The notes under the pieces were generated by a model. The model did not search any database. It had not been told where the DNA came from and was given only the letters and a program-made list of their open reading frames with translations. From the NCBI GenBank assembly GCA_900320865.1, contig ONTT01000006.1, positions 19,285 through 83,284 of the forward strand: DNA of 64,000 bases, in the 5' to 3' direction. A program made the translations under genes and the position numbers. Position 1 is the stretch's first letter, and the number at the start of each line of letters is the position of its first letter. Below are positions 25,171-34,782 of the stretch, piece after piece. The DNA comes from an uncultured Bacteroidales bacterium. Lineage in GTDB: Bacteria > Bacteroidota > Bacteroidia > Bacteroidales > Paludibacteraceae.

Positions 25171-26941
25171 TATTCATTCCGCCGATCAGGCAAATCAACA
25201 AATAAAAGGGATAGAGGATTTCTAATAGCAAGGCTGTTAGAAATAATTTGTGATTTGTGATTTGTGATTGGTGATTTTTACTCATCCTTGCCTTTATCAG
25301 GCCGTACTCGTACGGGAACTTAATGAAGATGATCGGGAAGAACAAGAGCTGCAGCACATTCGCTACCACAATAAATTTCCCGTAATCTAAAATATCTTTA
25401 TCCGTATAATGCGGTGCTTTTCCTGCCCAGCGCATCCGTTGCCGCCAGAATGCTCTCCAATTGGTCGCCGGTCTTACTATCGCCGTATACTCCTCTTCAT
25501 CAATCACACCGATCTTATATCCTTTCCGCTTCACGGCTTCCAACAGGAACATATCATCCCCGCTCGGGATCTCCGGGTGCAACTCACTCTCGCATTCCAA
25601 CCACACTTCTCTTCTTACAATCAGGTTCGCACCAGAGCACATGATAGCTTGGTCCTTTTTTGCCGTACGCATCGTCAATTCCTGTATCGCTGCGTATTCG
25701 GCTATCTGGAGTTGCTCCAACAAACTCGGCTTCGCGTTCTCACTCTCCATCCGAAGCGGCAAGATAATGAGATCCGGATCTTCCTTCTTCAATTTACACT
25801 CTCCTCTGGAAGCTTGCGGCCGCACTATATCATCGTCATGCAACCATAGATACTCCGTATCTGTACCATGAATCAGCTTGCTTAACGCAAACTTTTTCCC
25901 TTTGCCTTCATCGTTGACGCCCTTGATGGGTGTAATATGTCCGATAGAAATAGACTTTGTCGATGCCTTCTTTTCGCGTTCAGGCTGCGGAACACTCTCC
26001 TCCTTCTTCGGGCTTAGACTCTTTACCTGCTCGAAATACTTTATAAAAGCCGGATAACTCTTTCCAATACACCCTTGCTCTTCTTTTGACACCGGAAAAT
26101 CTGCACACATCAGCGCCATCGCCATTCGGTGATCGTTGCGTACCTCATGTAAGCGCACTGCCGTCAAGCGGTTCGACTCCTTAAACCGCAAACGGGAAGT
26201 TCCGGTCGCCTCTAAGGTGATATGGAGCCGCTCGCAGGTAAAGGCTATCGCCGGATAGAGATCAGGTATGTTCTCGAAATCAATACTTACCTTATCATAC
26301 TTCAGCGGGAAGGACGATTTATATATCTTCGCCCCTTCATCGGTATACGAGGTGATCACGCCGAAATATTTGCTGTACAAAGACGCAACCATCTTATCGC
26401 CCTGCAGCGTCTCGCGCTTCAGACCTTCTAATAACAGTACCCCGCCATGAATCGCAACATACTCATACCAGAAAGCCGCAGCACTCCAATCCGCTTCAAT
26501 TGGATCTTGGATATTGGATATTGAATAATTCTTTGCGAGTTCGCGAGACATGGTGATGTAGGGGCTCTCGTTTTCCTGAACCGGTACATTCAAACCATGC
26601 AGTATACGGGCAGAGTCTATCTGGCTGGTCAGTTTGCCTTTGCGCTCCATCAGCCGTTCATCACCCGTTAACTCGATCGGTTCGCCCGGATAACACTGCT
26701 CCAAATGAACCTGCAAGAACCGCAAAGCGGTACCACAATTCTTCAAATGAAGAACTAATGGTGATTGTTGATTTTCGATTTTTGATTTTTGATATTCCTG
26801 CAAAGCCTCTAAGGCATCGTGCAGTACGACTACATCATCCGGCATACCCGTAGAGACCCGCATCAGCGGATCTCCATGGATAGCCTGCAATAGAAGAATT
26901 CTATTCGCTATAGATTTTGATATCGGAAGTTGAATCTCCAA
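25154..26941 (-). CDS. Fusion ORF: reduced EPSP-synthase-like N-domain (~305 aa) + GT2-like domain with a QxxRW-type motif + C-terminal TM helices; apparent TTG start
   Basis: EPSPS motifs LPISKSIANRILLL, LKNCGTALRFL, FKESNRL, NDHRMAMAL, KSYPAFIKYFE. GT2 motifs LWLHDDDI, SGDDMFL, WRQRMRWAGK. One uninterrupted 595-codon frame; the codon before the TTG is TAA. Confidence 0.6.
   Translation of the reverse strand: MEIQLPISKSIANRILLLQAIHGDPLMRVSTGMPDDVVVLHDALEALQEYQKSKIENQQSPLVLHLKNCGTALRFLQVHLEQCYPGEPIELTGDERLMERKGKLTSQIDSARILHGLNVPVQENESPYITMSRELAKNYSISNIQDPIEADWSAAAFWYEYVAIHGGVLLLEGLKRETLQGDKMVASLYSKYFGVITSYTDEGAKIYKSSFPLKYDKVSIDFENIPDLYPAIAFTCERLHITLEATGTSRLRFKESNRLTAVRLHEVRNDHRMAMALMCADFPVSKEEQGCIGKSYPAFIKYFEQVKSLSPKKEESVPQPEREKKASTKSISIGHITPIKGVNDEGKGKKFALSKLIHGTDTEYLWLHDDDIVRPQASRGECKLKKEDPDLIILPLRMESENAKPSLLEQLQIAEYAAIQELTMRTAKKDQAIMCSGANLIVRREVWLECESELHPEIPSGDDMFLLEAVKRKGYKIGVIDEEEYTAIVRPATNWRAFWRQRMRWAGKAPHYTDKDILDYGKFIVVANVLQLLFFPIIFIKFPYEYGLIKARMSKNHQSQITNHKLFLTALLLEILYPFYLLICLIGGMNNKKEW
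25244..25278. repeat. Heptamer array (GATTTGT-like)x5 inside the GT2 part of the fusion ORF
   Basis: Encodes SKNHQSQITNHK. Confidence 0.9.
26756..26797. repeat. Heptamer array x6 (42 bp) inside the EPSPS-like part of the fusion ORF
   Basis: TAATGGT GATTGTT GATTTTC GATTTTT GATTTTT GATATTC; encodes EYQKSKIENQQSPL. Confidence 0.9.
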
Positions 26942-26967
26942 TTACCAATTACCAATTATCAATTAAC
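26940..26967. repeat. Heptamer array (AATTACC)x4 in the spacer between DPP3 and the fusion ORF
   Basis: Covers the DPP3 stop (26959-26961) and abuts the TTG start at 26941. Confidence 0.9.
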
Positions 26968-28962
26968 ATCGGGTAGCGGCGAGTAGTCGCGACTGTAACG
27001 CAGGTGTTGATCGATATATCCTTCCGTGAAATCAATCGTCACATCCGTGATATTGCCCTCTGCATCGCGAATAGCCGTATAAACCGGATTGACAAAACCC
27101 TTATATGGCGCTAAGTTCAGTTTCTCATAGCGAGCCAAGATCTCGTTGTGCAGTTCCTGATTGACCTTTACTGCATAGGTCTCGACCATCTCTTTGGATG
27201 CCGGATAGTCGCCCTCGGAAGTGATGCGTTGAATCTCAGCCAACAGTTCTCCATACAAACGACGAAGACCCTGATAGTCGTTCACGCGCAGGTAGTGCTT
27301 GCCGTCTTTTTCGATGATCTCTACTTCCGGATTCTCCGGCGTCACATGCGCCAGTACCCAATTAGCAATCAGTTGACGGTTGCGCATGTGCGCTTCTTCC
27401 ACATCCTTACCCGGCTCAATACGAACCAACTGCGTCATGGCTCCATTCATCATCTGCTGATAATATCCGGCCTTAAACGCCTCTTCATTCGGCAGTAAGC
27501 CCAGTTCTACGAGTTTCGGATCCGCCAGATAATACAAGCCGAACAGGTCCGCACGGGCCTCTTCTATCGTCGAAGCATGCTCTTTGAGCGCATCCTTGCT
27601 GACACCCGGCATCAGTTTACCGCTACCGTGTCCAACACATTCGTGCAAGTCGGTATGTAAATCGCCGCATTGAGCACCGTAATTGAGGTATATCTCACGA
27701 ATCTCATCGTCGATCATAAACTCCTCGTTGAAACCGTTGCCTTTCGCAGCCTCGTTATAGGCGTGCATCAGGTTGTCGATCGTCACGGATTTAGAACCGT
27801 ACTCCTTACGAATCCAGTTCGCATTCGGCAGGTTGATACCTATCGGCGTAGCCGGATAGCAATCGCCCGCCAGAATAGCCGCGGTGATGACTTTGGCACT
27901 CACGCCCTTCACTTCCTCTTTCTTGTATTTCGGATCGGTTGTGGAGTGGTCCTCAAACCATTGTGCGTTCTCCGAAATCAACTGTGCACGCTCGGTCGCC
28001 GTCAGGTCCTTGAAGTTCACCATCGACTCCCATGTACCGGTGATACCCAGCGGGTCGGTGTAGGTCTCCGTAAAACCGTTCACAAAGTCCACACGGCTCT
28101 CCAGATCTTTCACCCATGCAATGCAATACTCGTTGAAGAGTTGGAGATCACCCGTCTCATTGAAGGCGATCAACTTCTCCAATACCGCACGCTGCTGGTC
28201 GTTCTCTACGTATTTCTGCGCCTCTTTGAGCCAATAGACTACATGCTCCAGCGCTTCGCCATAGAGACCGCCTACTTTATAAACGCGCTCTTCTATCTCA
28301 CCGTTCTCGTTCTTTACCAGTTGGCTATTCAGACCGATCCACAGCGGTTCAGAACTGTTGTCCTTATGCGCCGCATACCATGCTTCGGCCTCAGCCTGCG
28401 TCACACCTTCGCCGTAGTAGTTTCCAGCCGAACCTGCTATCAGGTCCACACCGTCTTGTGCAGTCATTCGCTTCGTCATCACGTTCGGATCGAACATCAC
28501 CGGCAAGATCGCCTCGTCATATTCCACTCCGGCTTTCTCACAAGCAGTTACAAACCAATCTTGCGTAAACTCCGGCAAGAACTTATCCTCGCTGTAATGA
28601 TGATGGATTCCATTGGAGAACCAGACGCGCTTGAGATACTTCTCAAAGACCTCAAACTCTGCCGTACCCTTCTCGTATGGATAGTTGAGATACAATGCCT
28701 CGCACGCACGACGGATACGCAGGTTGTAACGTCCGTTCTGGTCAAACAGGATATCACGTCCCCACAGCGCCGCCTCACTCAAGCAATAAATCAACTGCTT
28801 CTGCTGCAGCGTCAAACTATCGAACTCCGGCACATCGTAGCGCAGGATCTCCAGGTCATAAAACTTATCCACGTTATACTGGAAAGAAGTTTGCTGCTTT
28901 GGCTGGCAGGCACAAAGCACTACCGCACAAAGCAGCAATATTTGAGATTTTATATTTAGCAT
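26959..28962 (-). CDS. Dipeptidyl-peptidase III (peptidase family M49), lipoprotein
   Basis: Zinc motifs HECVGHGSG and EEARADL; lipobox LLCAVVLCAC. Confidence 0.85.
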   Translation of the reverse strand: MLNIKSQILLLCAVVLCACQPKQQTSFQYNVDKFYDLEILRYDVPEFDSLTLQQKQLIYCLSEAALWGRDILFDQNGRYNLRIRRACEALYLNYPYEKGTAEFEVFEKYLKRVWFSNGIHHHYSEDKFLPEFTQDWFVTACEKAGVEYDEAILPVMFDPNVMTKRMTAQDGVDLIAGSAGNYYGEGVTQAEAEAWYAAHKDNSSEPLWIGLNSQLVKNENGEIEERVYKVGGLYGEALEHVVYWLKEAQKYVENDQQRAVLEKLIAFNETGDLQLFNEYCIAWVKDLESRVDFVNGFTETYTDPLGITGTWESMVNFKDLTATERAQLISENAQWFEDHSTTDPKYKKEEVKGVSAKVITAAILAGDCYPATPIGINLPNANWIRKEYGSKSVTIDNLMHAYNEAAKGNGFNEEFMIDDEIREIYLNYGAQCGDLHTDLHECVGHGSGKLMPGVSKDALKEHASTIEEARADLFGLYYLADPKLVELGLLPNEEAFKAGYYQQMMNGAMTQLVRIEPGKDVEEAHMRNRQLIANWVLAHVTPENPEVEIIEKDGKHYLRVNDYQGLRRLYGELLAEIQRITSEGDYPASKEMVETYAVKVNQELHNEILARYEKLNLAPYKGFVNPVYTAIRDAEGNITDVTIDFTEGYIDQHLRYSRDYSPLPDVN

Positions 28963-28974
28963 TTGTGATTTGAA

Positions 28975-29850
28975 TTAGATTCGCTCAAGAACAGTCTTGA
29001 TTAATTCTTTTACACGCGGCTTATAGTCCGTATTCGCTGCCTCCACCTTACGTTGTGCTATCACGCAGCAAACCGTCATGGCCTTATGACCCATATGCAG
29101 AGCCAAACCGGCGATACAACTACCTTCCATCTCGTAGTTGGTGATGCGTTGACCCTCATAACGGAACGCAGAGATCTTCTCGTTGATATCCGGAACAGCG
29201 ATATCCACACGCAAGTTACGTCCTTGCGGGCCATAGAAACCGTTAGCCGCAATCGTGCAACCGCGCATCATATCATCCTTCGCGATGCGATCCACCAACT
29301 CCGGATTAGCCGCAACAATATAAGGAACAGCCGCTTTCTTCGGATAACCGATGAAGTCAACCAACGCTTTCTCAAAGCCGAGGTCAGACAGTTTGTCACG
29401 GTCGTGATAGAACGCCAGAACACCATCGAAACCGATCGACTTCTGGCTTACGAGGAACGTACCCAGAGGAATATCCTCCTGCATTCCGCCGCATGTACCG
29501 ATACGAACGATCTCCAACTGGCGTTTTTGCTCTTTCTCCGTACGGGTGTTATAATCGATATTCGCCAACGAGTCAATCTCGTTCATCACGATATCGCAGT
29601 TATCTGTACCGATACCGGTTGAGATACAACTGATACGTTTGCCATGATACTTACCGGTGATGGTATGGAACTCACGACTCTGAACGTCGCACTCAATAGA
29701 ACCTTCATCGAAGAACGAAGCTACAATGTTTACACGGTCTTGGTCACCCACCAAAATAATCTTGTCTGCCAAGAACTCCGGTTTCAAATGTAAATGAAAT
29801 GCAGAACCATCCGCATTGATGATTAACTGCGAAGCAGGGAATTGTTTCAT
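28975..29850 (-). CDS. Nucleoside phosphorylase (PNP_UDP_1 family, uridine/purine phosphorylase-like)
   Basis: ILVGDQDRV, ISTGIGTDNCDIVMNE, VRIGTCGG, YEMEGSCIAG. Confidence 0.75.
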   Translation of the reverse strand: MKQFPASQLIINADGSAFHLHLKPEFLADKIILVGDQDRVNIVASFFDEGSIECDVQSREFHTITGKYHGKRISCISTGIGTDNCDIVMNEIDSLANIDYNTRTEKEQKRQLEIVRIGTCGGMQEDIPLGTFLVSQKSIGFDGVLAFYHDRDKLSDLGFEKALVDFIGYPKKAAVPYIVAANPELVDRIAKDDMMRGCTIAANGFYGPQGRNLRVDIAVPDINEKISAFRYEGQRITNYEMEGSCIAGLALHMGHKAMTVCCVIAQRKVEAANTDYKPRVKELIKTVLERI

Positions 29851-29852
29851 AA

Positions 29853-29908
29853 TATTTTAGATTTTAGATTGTTGATTTTTGATTTTTGATTTTTGATTTT
29901 TGATTTTA
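29853..29908. repeat. Heptamer array (GATTTTT)x8 in the spacer between DUF3467 and the nucleoside phosphorylase gene
   Basis: Fills the spacer from the DUF3467 stop (29906-29908) to 2 nt from the phosphorylase ATG (29850). Confidence 0.95.
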
Positions 29909-30214
29909 AGCTTCACCGCCGGTAAAGGTCAACGGAAGGGTACTGCCTTTGACAGGACCACCTATCGGCTCTATGGTACCGAACTTCTGCTCGTATTGAG
30001 CGATGTTATTCTGCAGCGCACCCAGAATCTTCTTTGCCTGATCCGGCGTTACTACTACGCGCGCTACTACATTAGCCTGCTGAATACCCGGCATAATTTG
30101 TGCGAAATCCAATACAAACTCCGTAGGAGTATGCGCAATCAGCGCTAAGTTTGCAAATACACCTTGCGCCTTATCTTGCGCAATGTTAATCGATAATTGT
30201 TTCTGTTCTGCCAT
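29906..30214 (-). CDS. DUF3467 family protein
   Basis: 102 aa; GVFANLALIAHTPTEFVLDFAQIMPG...VVTPDQAKKILGALQNNIAQYE matches my recollection of the DUF3467 consensus. Confidence 0.65.
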   Translation of the reverse strand: MAEQKQLSINIAQDKAQGVFANLALIAHTPTEFVLDFAQIMPGIQQANVVARVVVTPDQAKKILGALQNNIAQYEQKFGTIEPIGGPVKGSTLPLTFTGGEA

Positions 30215-30353
30215 TCGCGTGTGGCTATCCTCGTACGTGTACCAAAACTCCGTTTTAGTAGTAAGTACTCGGATGCACCCGCTCTTAACTCGGACTCACG
30301 AAGTCCTCGTTAGGGGATGCCCTCTAAGCCACTCGAGAGGTTTTAATTATAAT

Positions 30354-30388
30354 TAAACTTTAAACTCTAAACTTTCAACTTTTAACTA
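30354..30388. repeat. Heptamer array (TAAACTT-like)x5 at the GT2 stop
   Basis: TAAACTT TAAACTC TAAACTT TCAACTT TTAACTA; same unit as the array at 9951-9978. Confidence 0.9.
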
Positions 30389-31597
30389 CCATTTATATTG
30401 CTTTTTCAACGGTACCGCCAACATCCAGAGGTTCACCAGCGGTAAAGCAATATCAAACCATAGTACACTCATCATACTGAAGCGTCTCAACCCCATTCGA
30501 CGTGCCGACACATTGATGATCGTCGTTTGAATAATCCATCGCAAAAGGAATAAGCCTAATGCCACAGCCGGTACCAGGAAACCCGGATTTAACCAATCAA
30601 TCGTTCCTGCCTTCAGCAACTGCCATCCGTATCCTACCAGTATCAACAGCACCGCTGCATAAAACAACCCACGAGTCATCGGCTCTACACCCAAACGCCA
30701 CTTTGTACTTGTCATATAAGCCGGCGAAACCGATAGATGTCTGCGTTTCTGCTGCCACCACTCTTTCATCGTCTGTTTCGCTGTGGACCACATATAACTC
30801 TCTCTACTCAGCACAACGGCCGTATTCGAACGCGTCGCTACATGATTCACAAACAAATCATCATCACCCGCCTTATTGGTCATAAGATGCGAAAAACCAC
30901 CCGATTCAAAGAACAAACGCTTGCGATAAGCCAGATTACGCCCCACGCCCATATACGGATGTCCGCACAACGCGGCGCCTAAGTAATGCAATCCGTTAAA
31001 CAAGGTGTCGAAGCGCACCAATCGGTTAATATGCCCTTTGTCCTCAAAATACGGACTGAAGCCCAACACGATATCCTTTTGTTCTGCGTCAAAACCCTTC
31101 ATCATCTCGCGAATCCAACTGCTGCTCTCCGGTACACAATCCGCATCGGTTAACAACAGGTATTCGTATTGAGCTGCCTTAGCAGCCAGGGTGATGGCTA
31201 ATTTCTTGGTTGAACCCACCCGCGCTTCATGCGGCACAAAGGTCATCTTTAATCGCGGATCACGATGCATATACTGCTCTACCACGTCGCGCGTCGAGTC
31301 CTCCGAACCATCATCCACCACGATCACCTCGTACGTCGGATACTCCTGCGTCAACAAGGCCTGCAGGTAATTCGAGAGGTTCACGCATTCATTATGCGCC
31401 GCCAAAATCACCGTTACACCCGGTAACTCTTGTTGCTCTTCGATTTCCTGCCCCTTGGCTTTCGCTTTCTTATCCTTGCGCATCCGTCTTGCCGGAGCGG
31501 CCAGATAACGGCTGTACCAATAGAGTTGAATCAAGAACAGCGCACCTACTACACCCAACGCGATCCAATCAATCGTATTAAAACTACCTAAATCCAA
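30386..31597 (-). CDS. Membrane-anchored family 2 glycosyltransferase
   Basis: N-terminal TM, VTVILAAHNE, VIVVDDGSEDST, LLLTDADCVP, C-terminal TM helices. Confidence 0.8.
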   Translation of the reverse strand: MDLGSFNTIDWIALGVVGALFLIQLYWYSRYLAAPARRMRKDKKAKAKGQEIEEQQELPGVTVILAAHNECVNLSNYLQALLTQEYPTYEVIVVDDGSEDSTRDVVEQYMHRDPRLKMTFVPHEARVGSTKKLAITLAAKAAQYEYLLLTDADCVPESSSWIREMMKGFDAEQKDIVLGFSPYFEDKGHINRLVRFDTLFNGLHYLGAALCGHPYMGVGRNLAYRKRLFFESGGFSHLMTNKAGDDDLFVNHVATRSNTAVVLSRESYMWSTAKQTMKEWWQQKRRHLSVSPAYMTSTKWRLGVEPMTRGLFYAAVLLILVGYGWQLLKAGTIDWLNPGFLVPAVALGLFLLRWIIQTTIINVSARRMGLRRFSMMSVLWFDIALPLVNLWMLAVPLKKQYKW

Positions 31598-31622
31598 TTG
31601 TCTCTCTCCTCTCTACCATTCC

Positions 31623-32708
31623 TTAGCGCACTACCTTGATCATATAGGTATGCGTCGAACTGCCGTCCTCCGCCTTCACGGTAATTTCCCACGGTTTACC
31701 ATTCACCTGACCGGGCACCACACTCATCTCTTGCTTATCCAATTTACGTCCCTTGAACTGCACCGTTTGACCCTTGATATTCGTTAACGAACCAATACCG
31801 CGGAAACCGGCGAACGTAAAGTCCGAACGGGTGTCTTTCTTATCGATTCGATAGATCTGAACCGCCTCACTATCCGGATTGAACTCCGACCATACGATAT
31901 TATCAATCGTTAATCGATCGATGCGCGACGAATAAATCAACTCCACATCATCCACATAAATGGCATTACCGGCATACAATCCGTTGTTCGCGCGGAAAGC
32001 TGGATAATTACCCGCAGAGAAGATCACATTGCACATCGTCGGACGACCGTCATTCATATAGAAAATAGGCACCTTAATCCGTGTCCAGGTGCTGTACTTC
32101 GCACGCGCACGGTACCATCCTTCCGCCACTTGCTTCACCGGTTGGTCTGTACCGCACTCATTGCCATCGGTAGCCTGACGAATATCGGATTCCTCATTGA
32201 TACGCTCGGTAGACGTACATTTCTCTACTTTATTCTTGTACTGACCACTCTTCGCTGTACCTTGCCAAGAGTAATACAAGAGATGAAAATCCTCATCCGC
32301 CGTATGATCACCCGTACGCTTAATCCAAACCGACATCGTATCCGGGCGGTATTTCCATGCAATACCACCTTCCGTACCCGCCGTAGCACTCTTCACGCTT
32401 AAGCCCTTCAGATACTGCCAAGGCTGACCCAAAGTAACATAACCCGGCCCCACCTCCGTAATACCTAATGCACCTACGGAACGATCTGCCACATACATAC
32501 AATACCCGCCGTTGCGACCGGGCTTCTGATATAAGAACGTGAACTTCAAACCTATCTGCGATACGTTCGATCCATGCCATGCGGCCGGCTGCAAATCGCC
32601 ATTATACGTCTCGGGCCAACTCTCAAAATGATTGTTCGGCAACTGCTGCGCTACGGCAGAAAGCGCCGTAACTGCACCTAAGAAAATACCAATTATTGCT
32701 TTTTTCAT
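31623..32708 (-). CDS. Secreted PCMD-domain (putative carbohydrate metabolism domain) protein
   Basis: Signal peptide MKKAIIGIFLGAVTALSAVAQQ, NNHFESWP...LQPAAWHGSNV. The family call is from memory of Bacteroides PCMD proteins. Start set at ATG 32706-32708. Confidence 0.5.
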   Translation of the reverse strand: MKKAIIGIFLGAVTALSAVAQQLPNNHFESWPETYNGDLQPAAWHGSNVSQIGLKFTFLYQKPGRNGGYCMYVADRSVGALGITEVGPGYVTLGQPWQYLKGLSVKSATAGTEGGIAWKYRPDTMSVWIKRTGDHTADEDFHLLYYSWQGTAKSGQYKNKVEKCTSTERINEESDIRQATDGNECGTDQPVKQVAEGWYRARAKYSTWTRIKVPIFYMNDGRPTMCNVIFSAGNYPAFRANNGLYAGNAIYVDDVELIYSSRIDRLTIDNIVWSEFNPDSEAVQIYRIDKKDTRSDFTFAGFRGIGSLTNIKGQTVQFKGRKLDKQEMSVVPGQVNGKPWEITVKAEDGSSTHTYMIKVVR

Positions 32709-32732
32709 TGTCATACGTATTAAAAAACGCTG

Positions 32733-32740
32733 CAAAGATA
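32733..32740 (-). promoter_or_regulatory. -7 box (TATCTTTG on the minus strand) for the PCMD gene
   Basis: TAnnTTTG match 25 nt upstream of ATG 32708. Confidence 0.5.
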
Positions 32741-32772
32741 GTGTTTTTTTTGCATATATGCAAACTTTTTAG

Positions 32773-32780
32773 TAATTTTG
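32773..32780 (+). promoter_or_regulatory. -7 box TAATTTTG for aroC
   Basis: TAnnTTTG match 28 nt upstream of ATG 32808. Confidence 0.55.
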
Positions 32781-32807
32781 CAGCCGATTTATGCAAATAT
32801 AGTACCT

Positions 32808-33758
32808 ATGGAGGCGAATTCTTTTGGCGATAAATGGACCTTTACCAGCTTCGGTGAATCGCATGGAGCGGCGGTAGGAGGTGTGCTGGATGGTGTTCCT
32901 GCCGGCATTTCTATCAACATAGAAATGATTCGTGAGGAATTGAACCGACGGGCTGGGAAAGGGGACATCGGTTACGGGTTACAGGTTACCGGAGTTTCCG
33001 CACGAGCAAAGAATGAACCCGACGAAGTCGAGTGGCTCTCGGGTGTTATCGCCAAGGATCCGTCTGGCGAACTCATCACCTTAGGTACTCCGATTGCTTT
33101 TCTCATTCGTAACCGCGATGCGCGGCCGGAGGCGTACGAAGCCTTTAAGCACACCTACCGCGTCGGGCACGCCGATAAAACCTATGAAATCAAATACGGC
33201 ATCCGAGATTGGCGGGGAGGAGGTAGAGCCTCTGCACGAGAGACCGCTTCGCGGGTGGTGGCCGGCGAGATAGCCAAACAGCAGTTAGCGGCCAAAGGAA
33301 TTACCATTCAGGCTAAACTCATCCAAGTAGGCGAGGAAACGAACCCGGATGCTTTCTCGGCTTTGATTGAGCGCATCCAAAGCGAAGGAGACTCTATCGG
33401 TGGTGTTATCGAGTGCATCATTCATGGTCTTCCGGCCGGTACGGGAGAACCTATCTTCCATAAACTGCAGGCAGAACTGGCCTTCGCCATTCTTAGCATC
33501 AATGCCTGTAAAGGCTTTGAATACGGTACGGGCTTTGAGGGTGTCGGTAAAAAGGGAAGTGAGATCAACCATATCTCGGGAGGTATTGCCGGAGGTATTT
33601 CCGACGGAACAGACATCGTCTTCCGCTGCGTTTTCAAGCCCACCCCTTCTACTCCAAAGGCCGGTGTAAAAGGTCGCCACGATGCCTGCGTGGCCGTACG
33701 TGCCGTACCGGTAGTAGAAGCGATGACGGCCTTGACGCTCATCAATCTAATCGATTAA
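32808..33758 (+). CDS. aroC: Chorismate synthase (compact form with a 21-bp repeat-encoded segment)
   Basis: FTSFGESHG, GRASARETASRVVAG, SIGGVIEC, INACKGFEYG, KGRHDACVAVRAVPVVEAM. ATG 32808 lies downstream of the -7 box at 32773-32780. Confidence 0.88.
   Translation: MEANSFGDKWTFTSFGESHGAAVGGVLDGVPAGISINIEMIREELNRRAGKGDIGYGLQVTGVSARAKNEPDEVEWLSGVIAKDPSGELITLGTPIAFLIRNRDARPEAYEAFKHTYRVGHADKTYEIKYGIRDWRGGGRASARETASRVVAGEIAKQQLAAKGITIQAKLIQVGEETNPDAFSALIERIQSEGDSIGGVIECIIHGLPAGTGEPIFHKLQAELAFAILSINACKGFEYGTGFEGVGKKGSEINHISGGIAGGISDGTDIVFRCVFKPTPSTPKAGVKGRHDACVAVRAVPVVEAMTALTLINLID
32970..32990. repeat. Heptamer array (GGTTACN)x3, 21 bp, inside aroC
   Basis: GGTTACG GGTTACA GGTTACC; encodes GYGLQVT. 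Same unit family as the trxB array at 9058-9113. Confidence 0.85.
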
Positions 33759-33783
33759 CTCAGGTGGAAAAATTGACATAATT

Positions 33784-34782
33784 ATGGTAAATATCTTATC
33801 CGACATTCGCCAACCTATCGCGGAGGCATGGAAGCAATACGAGCGACTCATGGAGCAAAGTCTGCGCGCAGATAACAAACTGCAGCAGGAGGTGCTTCGT
33901 TATGTAGGCGCACGTCGCGGCAAACAGTTGCGCCCGTTACTTGTACTGCTCAGCGCACAGTTATGCAATCCGATTACCGATAAGACGCTTCGCTCGGCCG
34001 TAGCCTTGGAACTGCTGCATACAGCGAGTTTGGTGCATGACGATGTAGTGGATAGCTCCGATACGCGCAGAGGTGCCGCAGCCGTACATGTGAAATGGAA
34101 TAATAAGGTGGCTGTGCTCATCGGCGATTACATGCTCGCGAAAGTGATCGGACTGACGGCCGAAGTGCGTAACATCCGTATCCTGGAAATCGTTGCTAAT
34201 CTCGGTAAGAGTCTCTCTTCCGGCGAGATGGTACAACTGCACGTCGGCCAATCGATGTGGATTGATGAGGAACGCTATTTCCAAGTCATTGAGCAAAAGA
34301 CCGCACAACTCTTCCAGGCTTGCGCAGAAGCAGGAGCAGAGTCAGCCGGCTGTACACCGCGTCAACGCGCTGCGTTACGCGACTACGGACGATTCTTAGG
34401 GATCTGTTTCCAGATTAAAGACGATATCTTCGATTATAGCGATTTGGAGGAAATCGGCAAACCTACCATGAGTGACCTGCAGGACGGCAAGGTCACCTTA
34501 CCACTCATCGAAGCCCTGCGTCGTGCACCGAAGGATGAGGCAGAAGAGATCCGGATGAAAGGAGAGCAATTGGTGGCAGACGGCTATTCGCCGGAGGACC
34601 GCAAGCGTGTGCTCGAGGAGATCAAAGCTTTTGTCATTCGTTTCCACGGCGACGAATACGCCGTGCAACGGATGCTGGAGTATAAAAAACAAGCCACAGA
34701 AGCCTTATCGGTCTTCCGTGACTGTGATGAAAAAAAGAGTCTGATCTCCTTACTCGATTACGCCATCAATCGCGTTCAATAA
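33784..34782 (+). CDS. Polyprenyl diphosphate synthase (trans-IPPS, IspB-like)
   Basis: First Asp-rich motif LVHDDVVD and second FQIKDDIFDY. Confidence 0.85.
   Translation: MVNILSDIRQPIAEAWKQYERLMEQSLRADNKLQQEVLRYVGARRGKQLRPLLVLLSAQLCNPITDKTLRSAVALELLHTASLVHDDVVDSSDTRRGAAAVHVKWNNKVAVLIGDYMLAKVIGLTAEVRNIRILEIVANLGKSLSSGEMVQLHVGQSMWIDEERYFQVIEQKTAQLFQACAEAGAESAGCTPRQRAALRDYGRFLGICFQIKDDIFDYSDLEEIGKPTMSDLQDGKVTLPLIEALRRAPKDEAEEIRMKGEQLVADGYSPEDRKRVLEEIKAFVIRFHGDEYAVQRMLEYKKQATEALSVFRDCDEKKSLISLLDYAINRVQ

Noticed and set aside
27670-28959. 429-aa plus-strand ORF antisense to the DPP3 gene
   Set aside because: The minus-strand frame carries the HExxGH / EExRAD M49 motifs. The plus frame is low-complexity (R/L/V/H-rich), so it is a shadow ORF.
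28961-28981. A possible additional heptamer array (GATTTGN) between DPP3 and the nucleoside phosphorylase gene
   Set aside because: There are only about two degenerate units, which is not distinguishable from chance in AT-rich spacer sequence.
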